A DNA stretch of 60,000 nt from Botryllus schlosseri (taxonomy: Eukaryota). The notes beneath the pieces are model-generated. The model was not told where the DNA came from. It saw only the letters and a list, made by a program, of their open reading frames with translations, and did no database searches. Made by a program: the position numbers and the translations under genes. The stretch is from positions 22,942,001 through 23,002,000 of the forward strand of contig CM119371.1 of NCBI GenBank assembly GCA_051294905.1. Reading direction: 5' to 3'. Positions 11,173 through 23,789 of the stretch are shown piece by piece; position 1 is the stretch's first letter; every line of letters starts with the position of its first letter.

Positions 11173-14103
11173 GGATAATGGGTGTGTTGTCGGCCATCAA
11201 AATACAATTAGAAGTAGAGAATTGAATGTAAATCTTTTAAAGTTTGGTGATCCAACTTCAGAAATCAATTCGCGCTTTGGGTCGCATAAGGTTACTTGCG
11301 TTCCGATTTTTATATAGTAGTGTCCCGAGTCCCATCGTACAAATGAGAACCACCAAGTAAAACAATTTGTCCAATAAAAAACTACCAATTTGGAATCATG
11401 TGCGCCTCATGAATGAAGGTTTCCAGGTACATTTGGGTGATTCCTATACAGGGGTTCTTGACCTTTTTTAGACCGTGACCCATTTTCCGATCCGAAAATG
11501 TTCTGTGGCCCATCTCATATCCTAGAGTCAAAGTCCTGTTCAATGCGTGGTAATCGCCGGCGCCAATATGCCCGAATTTCTCTGAAATATGTGCATTTTT
11601 TCTCCTAATAATCATATTTAAATTTATAGGCCTCTAGTGACATGAAAATTTTCATGTTGAAGAAATCTCATCGAACAAACGACCCAAGAATATGGGCCCC
11701 TTCGTGCTCCCCCCAATTTTGGGTTTAGGGTACGACCCGTGTATGTCGTATAGCACCTGTATACATTATGGAAGTCCACTGCTCCACTCACGTCGAGAAA
11801 CCGAATGACATAATCATCGCATCCACTGTTTGACTTCCACTATGGTGGGGAATGATATAACCTTTCTGGCCAGGTTCAATGAATTCTTTGGTGAATGGTA
11901 TACTACATAGAAGTTGAGAAGGAATTTTATATTATGCAAGCATTACAATGTGCATAGTATGTCTTAGGACTGTTACGTTATGTAAAATGATTTCAAGTCC
12001 GGGCATTTTAAACCGACTCCAAAGATTAATGTGCATCGCCAAATCCTCAATACATTACGATTCAATGTGATGGTGCTGTATAATTGCACAGGAAGTTACT
12101 ACTTGATAGTATTGCAATATTACAACCTGTCGAAGTACCGTAATTCTTCATAAAATACACTTCAGTCTCAGTTTAATGCACATCTTTTTCATCGGCATAC
12201 GACACATGTCCCTGCCGGAATACGTGATTACTTAAGCCTTAACTTCGAGTTATATATTATAATTATATATATTATATAATTAGATAATCAACATTGTTTT
12301 CGTTGCTGTTAGTCGTAGGTTGTCATAGTCGAGTCGCCCTTCGCTCTCCCATTTTCGAGTTGTACATTGTGACTCGATACGCCACTACGTTTCACCAGAG
12401 TCGGATGTATATCCGCGTGTAGTCAACGTATAATTCGATAATACGAATATATTTTTGAGCGAATAACATACCTAATATACCTAAACTTTCATTAATTCTA
12501 CAATTTTCCAAATAGCTCCGTGGCCCACCAATGGGCCATGGCCCACTGTTGGACAGCCCCTGTTCTACTATATATTTTGACTACAGCAGCAATCCTGATG
12601 GGAGGTCAAGAAATGACAACATGCAACGAAGTGTTCAATACCAACACGAAAATGAATCATCATTAATTTTGTTCTCGAAATATTCGAAGACACCCCCTTA
12701 ATCCGCATTACCATTGGAAGTCGTGATATCTTTCGCTCTTCGTGCGACTAAACAGCGGATCTTATTAAGTTTTATTAACATTAATTGAACAATTTTATGC
12801 GCAAGCTATTTCACAGGAAAACAATGATTGCTGCAAAACACCACATGGACTGTCCGCGACGTGAAGTCCCCAGTAGCTAATATGAGTAGCTATTATTTTG
12901 CCACCAGGGGGGGGGGGGGGTCATTCCAACCGTACACTATAAATGTAATCGAAATGCGGTCGTTAATAACAAAAAGGTAGAACACACCGTATTTACACTA
13001 TACCTAGCGACGAATCATGCCACATTATGCCACTTTGCTGAAGTACATGCTTACTTTTTAAGCAGCACCAAATGTATCCACTGGGGCAATCGAATCCCAT
13101 AATAATCCCATAAAATTAACATCTTCCGTCGCTCTGCCAACAATTTCGATGATGACTTGCAAGGGAATACAGGCTTATGCATTAACAGTCTAGGCAGGGC
13201 TGGACGATGTATTTGGAGTCTGACTATTGCTACATTGACATTGAGCAGACTGTAAAACGGGTTTCTATACCAGCTTCCGATATTACCCCATAAACAACTT
13301 ATACAGTAGCCAACAACCAAATCACGCGGATTTACACAATGGACATATCCAATCAATATGGATCCCGTACGCCCGCTGGATTTTCCACAGTAGACAACGA
13401 CGTATTCATTTTATCATTTGCTTTGATTGGTTGAATATTCATAAATTTTTGAATACCCACATGGTTCATGTAGTGTATTCCGTTCTTGATGTTGTGGGAT
13501 TGCGGGTCAAGCTCACGGCAGACATACGCTAGCTATTCACAAACGGAAAGTCGAATATTTCGAGCAAACTTGGTAACAAAACAAGTAAAATGTTTGAGAT
13601 TGACGAGGTTCATGCTTGGTAGTATTGATTTTTTAAAGTTGCCAATGCCATGCACAAGAGTTATCCGAAATTGAAATGCAGTGAATTTCAACCAAAGGTG
13701 TTATAATGACATGATAATTTGCATTACATGAAAAAGTTTCACAGTGCGGAACCTACCAAGGTTCGTTTGTGAACACGAACCTCTAAATATCTGAGGTTCA
13801 CACATGAACCTCACGTTCACACGATTCCTAGTGTATACTGATAATGGAGCAATACTAAGACCCAAAATATACCAATGCAAAATAGCAGCCTATAAAATAT
13901 TCTCGTCATGTATATGACATCACATGATTCAGTAAAAGGAGTATAGTATGTTCAATACAACTATATAGCATTATCATTGCGTATACAGTTTCTTGTGATT
14001 TCAATACTCATAAAACGCTGGGGCTGCAGAAATGCGGAAGTGATGGCGCTGCTGCAGTTACCCGTGCAAAAGAGGTGTCAATAGTCTGGTCACTGGTACT
14101 TAC

Positions 14104-14201
14104 CTCTGGTGCTCTGCCAATGAATCTTGATCAAGTTTCTGACCTTTGCAGAAAAGTATGGTGAAAATTGCGAAGAAAATCGTCAAGCGCTTTCTCAGCA
14201 T
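14104..14201 (-). CDS. LRR-protein gene, coding exon 1 (signal peptide)
   Basis: Reads MLRKRLTIFFAIFTILFCKGQKLDQDSLAEHQ (basic N-region plus hydrophobic core). Ends AG|gtaagt in phase 2, matching the phase of the 7646 exon. Confidence 0.7.
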
Positions 14202-17200
14202 TTCTGTCCGTTTTATTTTATTGCAGCGGAATATGCATATGTTTCTAGACCAGACAGTGCAACTGTGTATTAATATTTGGTAATCGTGGTTCCCGTAATA
14301 AGGCAATACCATTTACACATTTTGTACTGTACACTGTAGGCTACTTGTATACTATATCTGAACGCACTTCTAAATCATTTTACAAACCTCCACTGTTTCT
14401 ATGAATAGACCCAAATCATAGCACAATTCTGCAAAGTTGCTAACTCCCATAATGGTGTTTCATAATAATAAAATGATTCCAATATCAATGAATGAAGCAT
14501 ATAGCATTGTCGCAGATTTAAATTCGTAACTGCTGATCTAGTTGCTTTGGCGCTCTAAAAGCAGAAGTATAAGATCGCCGTCCATGTATAATATACGATT
14601 AGAGCTACAGTAAAGTCAATATTTACCAAAGCTAGCTAGGCTAACTCCACAATGACTGTTATGTAATCATATAACGATCCCCGTATCTACTCGGTACTGG
14701 CGATGTAATAATATAATATCTTGAGCATTCGAGTATAGTAGTATACTAATTTTAACGATCGTGAAAATCACAAGTATCACGTAAGATCACGGTGTGAATC
14801 CCCCGATTTATTAACATGTAATAGTTGTGATACAAATAACATTTGGACTATTAGCGATACTTCGCTTGGCGTTGATTCGATGATCCAAATAGGGACCAGG
14901 ATGTAGGCCTACCGATACGATGCTGCAATCGAAACAGTCAATCGTGTCGATCGTATATTAAGAAGTTCAAGTTAAATATTATTGATCTTCACCATGGTAA
15001 CTTAGTACATATTTCTAGTCTACGGTCTAATGCGAAAGACGAATCAAAGACGAGGCTTAATGACATAGCTTGTACGAAATAGCGCGAGGCTAGTACCCAG
15101 GAGGTAATAATGATGATGGTATTATCGTTATTGTGTTCTAGTCTTTGAATCTCGTAAATACGACAATTATTAAACCTTGCTTTATACCACCGTGCCATAC
15201 CTGTTATTGTATCCACGAAAGTTCTCTCACCAGTCTTGCTATCCTGTTCTATTCATATCTAAATTCGTAACATTATTATATAGATGCACTCTTCCGTAGA
15301 TTGACATTCAATACAATGCCATCCCGGTTATCACACAGCAGTGCTAACCCTGTTAATATTCATTACCTTGCGCCCAATCATGCTCAATCATATAAGTTGC
15401 GAGCCTTCACTTACAACATGGTGTAGAAGATGTGTGTTAGGAAATTCCCTTTATAGGAGAATTACATCAACGCTGTTTCCTTACATAGGTACCATTTGTT
15501 TACATATGTACTTGATGTTTTGAACTTTGACGATGAAAACATATTTATTTGATATATTATTCTCCTCTCTAAAATCGATTCACGGACTTTTGGCGATATG
15601 GTGCTCAGTACAATATTGTTATTTTAAAATGTTTACAATACGTATTCAATAGTGTCAATCATCTTCCGATTCGCAAATCAGGGAGTCTTTGTTGGGAAAT
15701 AAGGCGTCGCTATCGATTCAAGTTTTGAATGGATATAAATCTTGTGACCTGGCACTTTTCGCGGTACACAAAGACTCACAGAACTTCTATGAATAAAGGC
15801 CAATAAAGCGATTTTGTACGTTCTCTATACATCTACTATGTCACATTTTTAGTGTAGATGAAGCCTTGTATATGTACCATTACTCATCTGGTTTTCGGGC
15901 ACAAATCGCCACACATAATGTTTCATGGAGCTCGCTGGATATCGATAATTATGAAATACTTTTCGTAATCAAGGAGCAAAAGTCTCAATGGTGTATTTGC
16001 CTGCAGTATTTTCGAACTAACTATAATCCTGTTATGGTCCGTATGCTCATACAACGGTTACATTTAAATTCTAGTTTTATAATAAGGTCTTAGCAGCACC
16101 GCATATGTCCCATAGCTGTATATGTGCGTTGCTACTCATTTGTGCTTTATTCCGTTAAAAGTAATGCAAAAAATATGGCATCTTATATTCATGAATAGAA
16201 TTTGACACCACACCTGGAGTTCAACACGTTATATAGACTATCTATATAGTGATCATATCCTAATTAGTGACGTGCGGTCCTGAGGCAGGTGAGGCAGTGC
16301 CTCACCTGTCGTCAGGGTGAATAAGTGGAAATTGTTTAAACCCTCGATGTGTCGATGATTATTGATATTTTACATCGATGTTCATAAATAACTAAATTTG
16401 GACATTTTTTCACCCAACATCATCAATTTGCTTAATTATAATTAGAAAATACAGCGCGAAAATAGAGGTGAGGCACAGGTGAGGCACGGGCGGGTCGTGC
16501 CGCACCTGCGACGATGCAATTCATCATAGATAGCTCGGAATTCACAATAACTGGTATCAATCAAATGCTATCGTCACACTGATTCTTAAAATCCAAATAT
16601 TAACAGTGGCAGAGCACCAGAACCCTCGAAATCGCCAAGGTGACATTCGGTTTTATTACAGACAATGTCATCGCTGAGAAACAATGGCCAGGTGAGGCAC
16701 AAACGAATCCGCCTCATGCAATATTCGCTAAGAATTGGACAATCACAGCACAGCGAAACGCGCTATCGATTTCGGAATCCAACAGTCTTGTAGGAGTAGT
16801 ATAGTGACGACGGCCAATGCGTAATGCGGAGCAAATACATTCCCTTACTTATGTAGCTGTTGTGTATTTTCCATCCATAGCTACGTTAAATTGTGGTATG
16901 CGATAGCTACTTGCATAGGCTGCATTGTCGTTGTTTGCGGCCTTCATGCTGTGTTCGACTGCAATACCTATATAACCTATATACCTATAACCAGGGTTGC
17001 CATCGACATGGACCCAAAAATAAGGACAGTCGAAAAATGAGATTAGCATGAAAAAGCGTTTTTGTACATACTTTGTATTTATACGAGCCGTGGCATATGT
17101 GCACCAAGTCCAGACAAAATAATTTTTGAGCGTATGGAGCAAGTCTATGGAATCAGACACCCACCTTGGCCTAGGCGATGTAAAGAGCAGGCATGCACAC

Positions 17201-17410
17201 TGAATGAAAAGTAAAGAAGACAGTATAGAAAAAGCAAGCGACAAGTAATGGAGTGACATGTCATGGCAGGCGAGTTCGATACGTCAGGTCGTGATCCGGT
17301 AATCTTGAAGATGAATAGTGTTTATTTAGTAGTAATTGCATGTATTTCGACTTGAACGTGGACATGCACGTCGACTATGGCCGAAGAAAACTTATTTGCG
17401 AATATTGCAA

Positions 17411-18555
17411 CCGGTTAACCGCAGGTTTTTTTATTATCCGATATCCGGATATAAATCTGCCGGTTAACCGGATAAAATAGTATCGTTAATAATGTGTTTT
17501 AAACTTTTAGGAAGCTTCAATAAGTCGTATTATCAGTGTTTCGCGCGGCCAATTAGCGAGAAGCGTGTCGCAAATTAGCGGGATACGTCAATGCACTGTG
17601 TAACGCGACGCAATCTCCCGCTGAGAAGATCGCCAAATTAGGTCATTGATTGCCGCGAATTCGGCTATCGTTGCTGGCCTGGGTTTTCGAGTCTTCAACA
17701 ATATGCCTATAGTTGCGCTGGCAGAAGCAAATCTGCAATAGGCTCTGTGGGCATTATACCATCACTGGCCTACATAATCGCATCTGCATTTGCTTGGTGC
17801 TCACGATATTATCGCTGGCCTGTGCAATCGCATCTGCAATAGGCATGGTACGAACGATATCATCGCTGGCGTAACCATAGTCTCGGGCCTGGCATGCATT
17901 GGCTCCTATCTCTTGCCGCTGAGATTATTATGGTCAGCGATTGTGATTAATGAGTGACATTGCGAAACTGAATGACATCGAATGTTCGCATTTCGGAAAC
18001 ATGTTCGTGCGTGCAAGCGTGATTGATTTCCGCTGATACTAAATTCGAAAAAAAATCGAAACCACCTCATTTTATTTAAAAAAAAACCTTATTTTTCGGC
18101 TGGCTACGGGCCTGATCATGTGAATTTCTCATAGAGGGATTAGAGCGAGCTATCATGTCGGCCTCAATTCCGGTATCAGCTACTCGTCCTTCCAGTACTG
18201 GACACCTAAACAGAAGAATGGGCAAAAAGGAAGCGCTGCTTACTATATTCAGCCTTGCTTACTATAATTCAGCCATTTTTGTGGAAGCAGAAAGAGCATT
18301 TAATACGTGTGGACTGTTTGTTACAAAACTGCAGTCCCGGCTACAGGATGCCACTATTGATGCGGTGTGCATTATAAGGAGGGAGCTTCAATTACACTGT
18401 GTAATGATTTTGCGATCCATTTTTCATGCAGACCTCGTAAAATCGATTATCTCACTTAGGATTCACTATCCGGTTAACCGGTTAGCTAAATTCCAAATAT
18501 ACGGATATATCCGTTATCCGGATAGTGAAAATTATTGATATCCGAACTAACCCTA
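17411..18555 (+). mobile_element. hAT deletion derivative with a transposase C-terminal remnant
   Basis: CCGGTTAACCG/ATCCGGAT motifs at both ends, right end AACCCTA. ORF 18155-18538 contains VEAERAFNTCGLFVTKLQSRLQDATIDAVCIIR (hAT dimerisation-domain motif). Confidence 0.8.
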
Positions 18556-18607
18556 ATTGCAATGGGCGAAACACTCGCCCTTCAAGCTTCGTTAGATACC
18601 TTTGAAT

Positions 18608-19580
18608 TAGGGATGGTGTGAACGTGAGGTTCACGTTCGCGTTCTGTGTGTGAACCTCGGAAATTTAGAGGTTCGCGTTCACAACAGAACCTTGGTAGGT
18701 TCTGCACTGTGAACCTTTTTCATATATTACAATTTTCACTTCATTATAACATATTTGGTTCATTTTTATTGCATTTCAACTGCGGGTCACTCTAAGCATG
18801 GCGCTGGCAGCAATAAAAATTAACACTAAACGAGCATGCACCTTGACACCTCTCAAAAGTTTTACTTGCTCTGTTACAAAAGTTGGCACGAAATATCCAG
18901 CTTTCCGCTTGTAAATATTTAGTGAATCTCTGCTATGAGTTTGACCCGCAATCACACAACATCACGAGCGAAATACGTAGTCAGCGAATGATGCTTATTC
19001 AATCAATCAATGAGATTGATATCGTTTTCTCGTGCAAAAAATCTAGCTGGCGTACGGGGTCAATCTTGACTTGATATCTTTACGCAGTTTACTGCATCAT
19101 TAGAACCAAATCCTTGCGATTGAGATGTTGGCTACTGCTGCATAACTTTAAAATGGGGTAACATTGGTAGCAAGTATAGAAAGTAAAAACCCGTTTACAC
19201 TCTGCTCAATATCAATGTAGCGATACTCAGACGCCGAATACATTGTCCGGTCTGGCCTATATTCCCTGGTAAGTCCTCATTGAAATTGTTGGCAAAGCGA
19301 CGGAAGATATTGATTTGATAGGAGTATTATATCCTTTGATTGCCTCAGTTAATACGTTTAGCGATGTTTAAAACGCCAATATGGAGTTCGATGTGGCCCG
19401 AGTCGTCGCTAGGTATCGTGTACATTAATACAGGCTATCACTTCATTGAAATATAGGCTTGGAATTACCAATATGACGTCACGTGACGTCATCAGGTTCA
19501 CGTTCGTGTTCACACAGAACCTTTCAAAAAGGTTCGCGTTCACACGAACCTGAACCTTTCAGAGGTTCACACCATCCCTA
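18608..19580. mobile_element. Intact hAT MITE
   Basis: TIR TAGGGATGGTGTGAAC...GTTCACACCATCCCTA, perfect TSD CTTTGAAT. Confidence 0.92.
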
Positions 19581-21249
19581 CTTTGAATTCTCTCTCATAA
19601 TCGTCACGAAATATTTTTTACGCCTACTCGTTTTAGCTAATCAGATTTAGCCTTACTAGTAGCTAAAACTATATATGTGCAAGTGCAATATAATTTAGAT
19701 ACATTTATCAATGATTTGTAGCTCTACTACTTTTAACCAATGTGTCGACTGCACTGTGACTTTGTCACCACGCAATAAATGCTGCCTTCCCCAAAGCTGG
19801 AGCTTATTCTGCTGTAGACCAAACAGCAGGGAAATGGCACTGATGTTTACTGCTAAAATGACGTCCGCTGCGGTAGCTTGGTACAGACGGAACTGCTATA
19901 GCACTCACTGCCCTAGCTATCTCACCACTTAGAAGTCAAATCTTGTAGTGTGTACGTCACGAGAGTTCCTTTCACTTATGATGTTAAAATCTCGACGCAA
20001 AAGTATAGAATATTATGCAACACAGATACCAGAGGAAAACGATCAAAGTTCAGTAGTGGTTGAAAATAAGACAAAATAAGGACGCAAGTCGAAAATAAGG
20101 ACATTTCTTAGAAATAAGGACAGTTGAGTTTTCTAAGACGTGGCCCTTCAAAATAAGGACAAATCTTAGAAATAAGGACGGTATGGCAACCCTGCCTATA
20201 ACCTATGTGATAGATAAATACTTATATAGCATGCGTTGTCGTTGTTTGTGGTCAGTGGTGCCACTCCTAGTGTTTTTACACTAGATCTAGTGTATTTTGA
20301 CTTGACCTAGTGTCCTAGTGTATTTTCCTTCGAAATTTTACTGAAAAAAGGTTTGTAAATGAGGATGCTAATTTCATGTGCTTTGAATAATTTATACCGG
20401 TACTTGAAGAGATAATAATTATTATCCGTCTAAACCTGCCTTTTTGGCACAATAGCGACGACCAATCTTAGATGTATTGTAAAATGTGGAATTGCAACGG
20501 CTATCAATGTGCAAAGAAAATGCTCTGTATACCCGCTGCTGTTATTCACATTTGGGTCTCTCCAACAGGTAGACCTACTTTACGTGCGTGCGTGTTTGTG
20601 TGTGTGTGTGTGTGAGGGGGGATCAGTGCCTCACCAGTCATGAACCTCACCGCACGCCTTTGATCCTAATATATATCGGCGACGGCAAATACATTATTTC
20701 GTGACGACAAGTATTACTATGAAAGTCTGTTCGATTGATACTCGGGTTAACAGCTTTTTATAAATTTTCACAATCTTAACAATCCTAATGTCCACATGGC
20801 AGATCAAAGTTACTAGAATCATTTAAACTTTTTGTAAGAGGGGTTTAATGGCACCACCAAAGTATTTTATCTCCGAATGAAGCAGTAATTACGACATGCA
20901 TATATCACAGTCCAACGTATAGGTGCATTACTGCAACACGAAGGTGCTATTTCATATGTGACCACTGACGAGTGACAGTACACATAGTCCTACACCTCCG
21001 TTGCTAATTGCAAGTGTAGTCGGTTAACACAAACAAATCAATTAATAAGCTCATGCGTACTTTCCGCTTCGTTGAAATAAAGTGGGATTATGTCGTACAA
21101 AAGAAGGTTCTACATGTTCGCAGATCAGAAACTTCATTGTCATCGCACACATCTGCAAAGAACCGTTTTATTTTATGTTTAGTCCTCACAATTCCTATTT
21201 TAAAGCTCTAGATGGGCATTGTAGCATTTAAGGTTTATGGCTTACGTTT

Positions 21250-22300
21250 CAGGCGGGGTTGTGTTTGTTTGTTTTATTAGGCGGGGTTGTATTTGTTTGT
21301 TTTATTAACACAATTGGCGCTTATCAACACTTGGGTCATTTACACCCGTACAGTAATTTCATAAGTTTCTGTTATGTCAAGTCTGTTACTGTTGTGAGTC
21401 AGAAACTTTGTCACGACACTGGAAGCACGTTCCTATAATTATGAGCGCAGAAGGTCACTGACGAAAATTTCACCAGACTCCAAGGAAAGTATTTGTATTT
21501 GATTGACTTGTGTATCCAGAACGATTGATAGGAGATATTGAACTTTGGGTTGAACTTAAAATTGTTCTACAATGTAATTAGCTCCTCACACATTTCATGC
21601 TCGTAAACTTCACAGAATGGATCGAATTTTATTATCCGGTAAGCATTGTTCCCTTTAAGCTGTGCACGTGCGCAACTGCGCAGTGCTGACACTCCCTCTG
21701 CGCACAGAAAATCTAAGTTGCGCTAAAAAATACGAAGTGATTACCTTTTTTTAGTCGTTACGCACTGTTGTCCAATGGTCTGCGCAGTGAGTTGGTGAGT
21801 GTGCGCAGATCCGTCAAAAATTAGAGGGAACATTGCCGGTAAGGTATTTATGATTGGAATATATCCTGGATTCAAATGACCTCATCCGTGTGCAGTTTCT
21901 GGAGATGAGTAATTGCTGTGTGCATCTACGTCAAAATCAGATATGCAAGCGGGAGCAGTATCAAGCTCGGGCAAGCTTGAGTATTAGAAAAGTTCACGTC
22001 TCGCTAAATTTCGCTGACGGGGTTATTAATTAATGCGGGCACTGACATTTTCACATTGATCAGATTTCATCATTGCCAAGAACGGAGGAGCTCGACTCAT
22101 TAAGTTTGGAATAAATTATCCATCATGTACAGCGATTTTTCTGCAAGCAACCAGAACGGCAAGGTCACAGCACATTGGGAATTCCATGATCGTTGAAAAA
22201 GAAGGTAGAATCATGTCATGCAAGGTAAGGCTGTGCAAGTGTCGGAAGGAAACACTGATGCCCTACGAAAAAATACAACTATGAAAGCATGCGCTTATGT
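21250..22300 (-). mobile_element. Possible highly decayed LINE 3' end
   Basis: On the minus strand: AATAAAACAAACAAA tail (28-bp unit duplicated at 21251-21308) and a weak LGNDE RNase H-like remnant near 22070. Confidence 0.35.
21644..21835. mobile_element. 192-bp hAT MITE
   Basis: Termini CATTGTTCCCT...AGGGAACATTG, perfect TSD CCGGTAAG. Confidence 0.88.
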
Positions 22301-22649
22301 AGGATTTCTGTTTATATTCTCCAATAATCCCCTCATCAGAAACTTAGTGTCTAGCTAGAACCTAGAATGATGTGTGACTTGTCTTTTCAGAAATGTTTAC
22401 CTAGCCAATTGGGAGCATATGAGAGACGACAATATACACACGTTGACGAGAGTGCGATTTCGGTGAATTTGAACAACATTCACGGTTCAATGAGAAGGGA
22501 GGCGTTCTCCTCTGTCGTTTAGTGATTTTTAAACTGGTCGCCGTTACTGGTTGATACGACATTGCGGCTATAATACTAAACACTAGACAGAGGTTGTCAA
22601 TGTGGTGACAAGCTGCCCAGCAATGACTTTCTGAATTGTGGGTTTAACA

Positions 22650-23789
22650 TAGGGTTACCATATTTTTGTGAAGCAAATTCCGGATACTCTTTAGCGCCCA
22701 CTAGTGGATTTTAAAATGAGCTGTAACATATTGACCGTCAATATGACGTCACACTAGCAAAGCATTGCCCATCGACTGTATACACTATACAGGAATGAAG
22801 TGGAACATAGGTCATGAATTGGGCCATCTGTAATGTGAGCTCTGGTGATTGCTACTTGCTAGGGTTTGCAATAGATTCCTCCACGAGCCGGATGAAATCA
22901 CCTGGCGGGCCGTGTCAGGCCTGTCAGGATTGTGTTTGACAGCCCTGCTATACAGTTGGGTCGGTGCGGCTATCTGTTTATGTGTTTTAATCAGGTCCGG
23001 AACAACATTTTTTCTCCCCCCTTCCGCCCAAAAAAGCACTGATCTCTTGCCCACCATAGGGTAGTCGATCGATGTAACTTGTTGGGCACTTACTATATGC
23101 ATTTGGCTGTTGAATTTTATGTATGAATTCTGTCAATTATATTGATTCTTCGATATATTAGGCTACTATAAAATGCACCAGCAGGTGGCACATCCGGTGA
23201 TTTCCAACCTTTTATGGTCGCGACCTCATTTCCTACTTGAAAATGTTCCGTGGCAAAGCTCAAAACTTGATAAGCTGATTACTAAAAAAAAAAATCAGCT
23301 TGCCGACACTTATAGGCCTACTCACGGCCTAGGAAGCTGATTACGTCCAACATCATCACGATCCCCAGCTAAAGGCGGACGACCCCAACATTTGGAACCA
23401 CTGTCTGTGATTGAAGCATCCAATCGCCCTTAACCAACTGTAGGAATACACCGTTAGCTTATAATTGCGATTACAATCAGACTTATTTCAGTAAATGATG
23501 GTTATTAATATTTATTCTCATTCCATTTTTGGCGAGGGTGGTGCCTGGTGTCCATACTAATATCATTATACGTTGCATTACCTCGCGCGCGGCGCGAAGA
23601 ACAATTTTGAATAGCATAAATCCGCTTGAAAATAATATTGTTTATGTTGATTTACGTAAAACTTTTAAGCCTGCTTCCAGCCTTCAAAATTCCGGACATT
23701 TAGGCATATTTCAGAAATTCCTCCCGGACGCAGATTTTTCAGTGAAATTCCGGACATGTCCGGGAAATTCCGGACGTATGGCAACCCTA
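22650..23789. mobile_element. hAT MITE with a smaller nested MITE (~23194-23403)
   Basis: TIR TAGGGTTACCATA...TATGGCAACCCTA, TTCCGGAC subterminal repeats, perfect TSD GTTTAACA. Confidence 0.9.

Larger units (their letters stand above)
8087..13830. mobile_element. hAT MITE (family of 18608-19580) split by ~4.8 kb of nested insertions
   Basis: Termini TAGGGATG...ATTCCTA with a perfect TSD GTGTATAC. The two halves (8087-~8215 and ~12990-13830) align with the intact copy at 18608-19580 in reverse. Confidence 0.85.
16992..20194. mobile_element. Nested hAT-type element
   Basis: TIR CAGGGTTGCCAT...ATGGCAACCCTG, AATAAGGAC subterminal repeats, perfect TSD CCTATAAC. Confidence 0.9.
16265..20662. mobile_element. 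hAT-type element, outer shell of the second nest
   Basis: Termini TAGTGACGTGCGGT...ACCGCACGCCTTTG, GTGAGGCA subterminal motifs, perfect TSD ATCCTAAT. Confidence 0.85.

Noticed and set aside
18155..18538. Functional 127-aa protein
   Set aside because: Only a fragment of an hAT transposase C-terminus; the ORF runs into the element's subterminal repeats.
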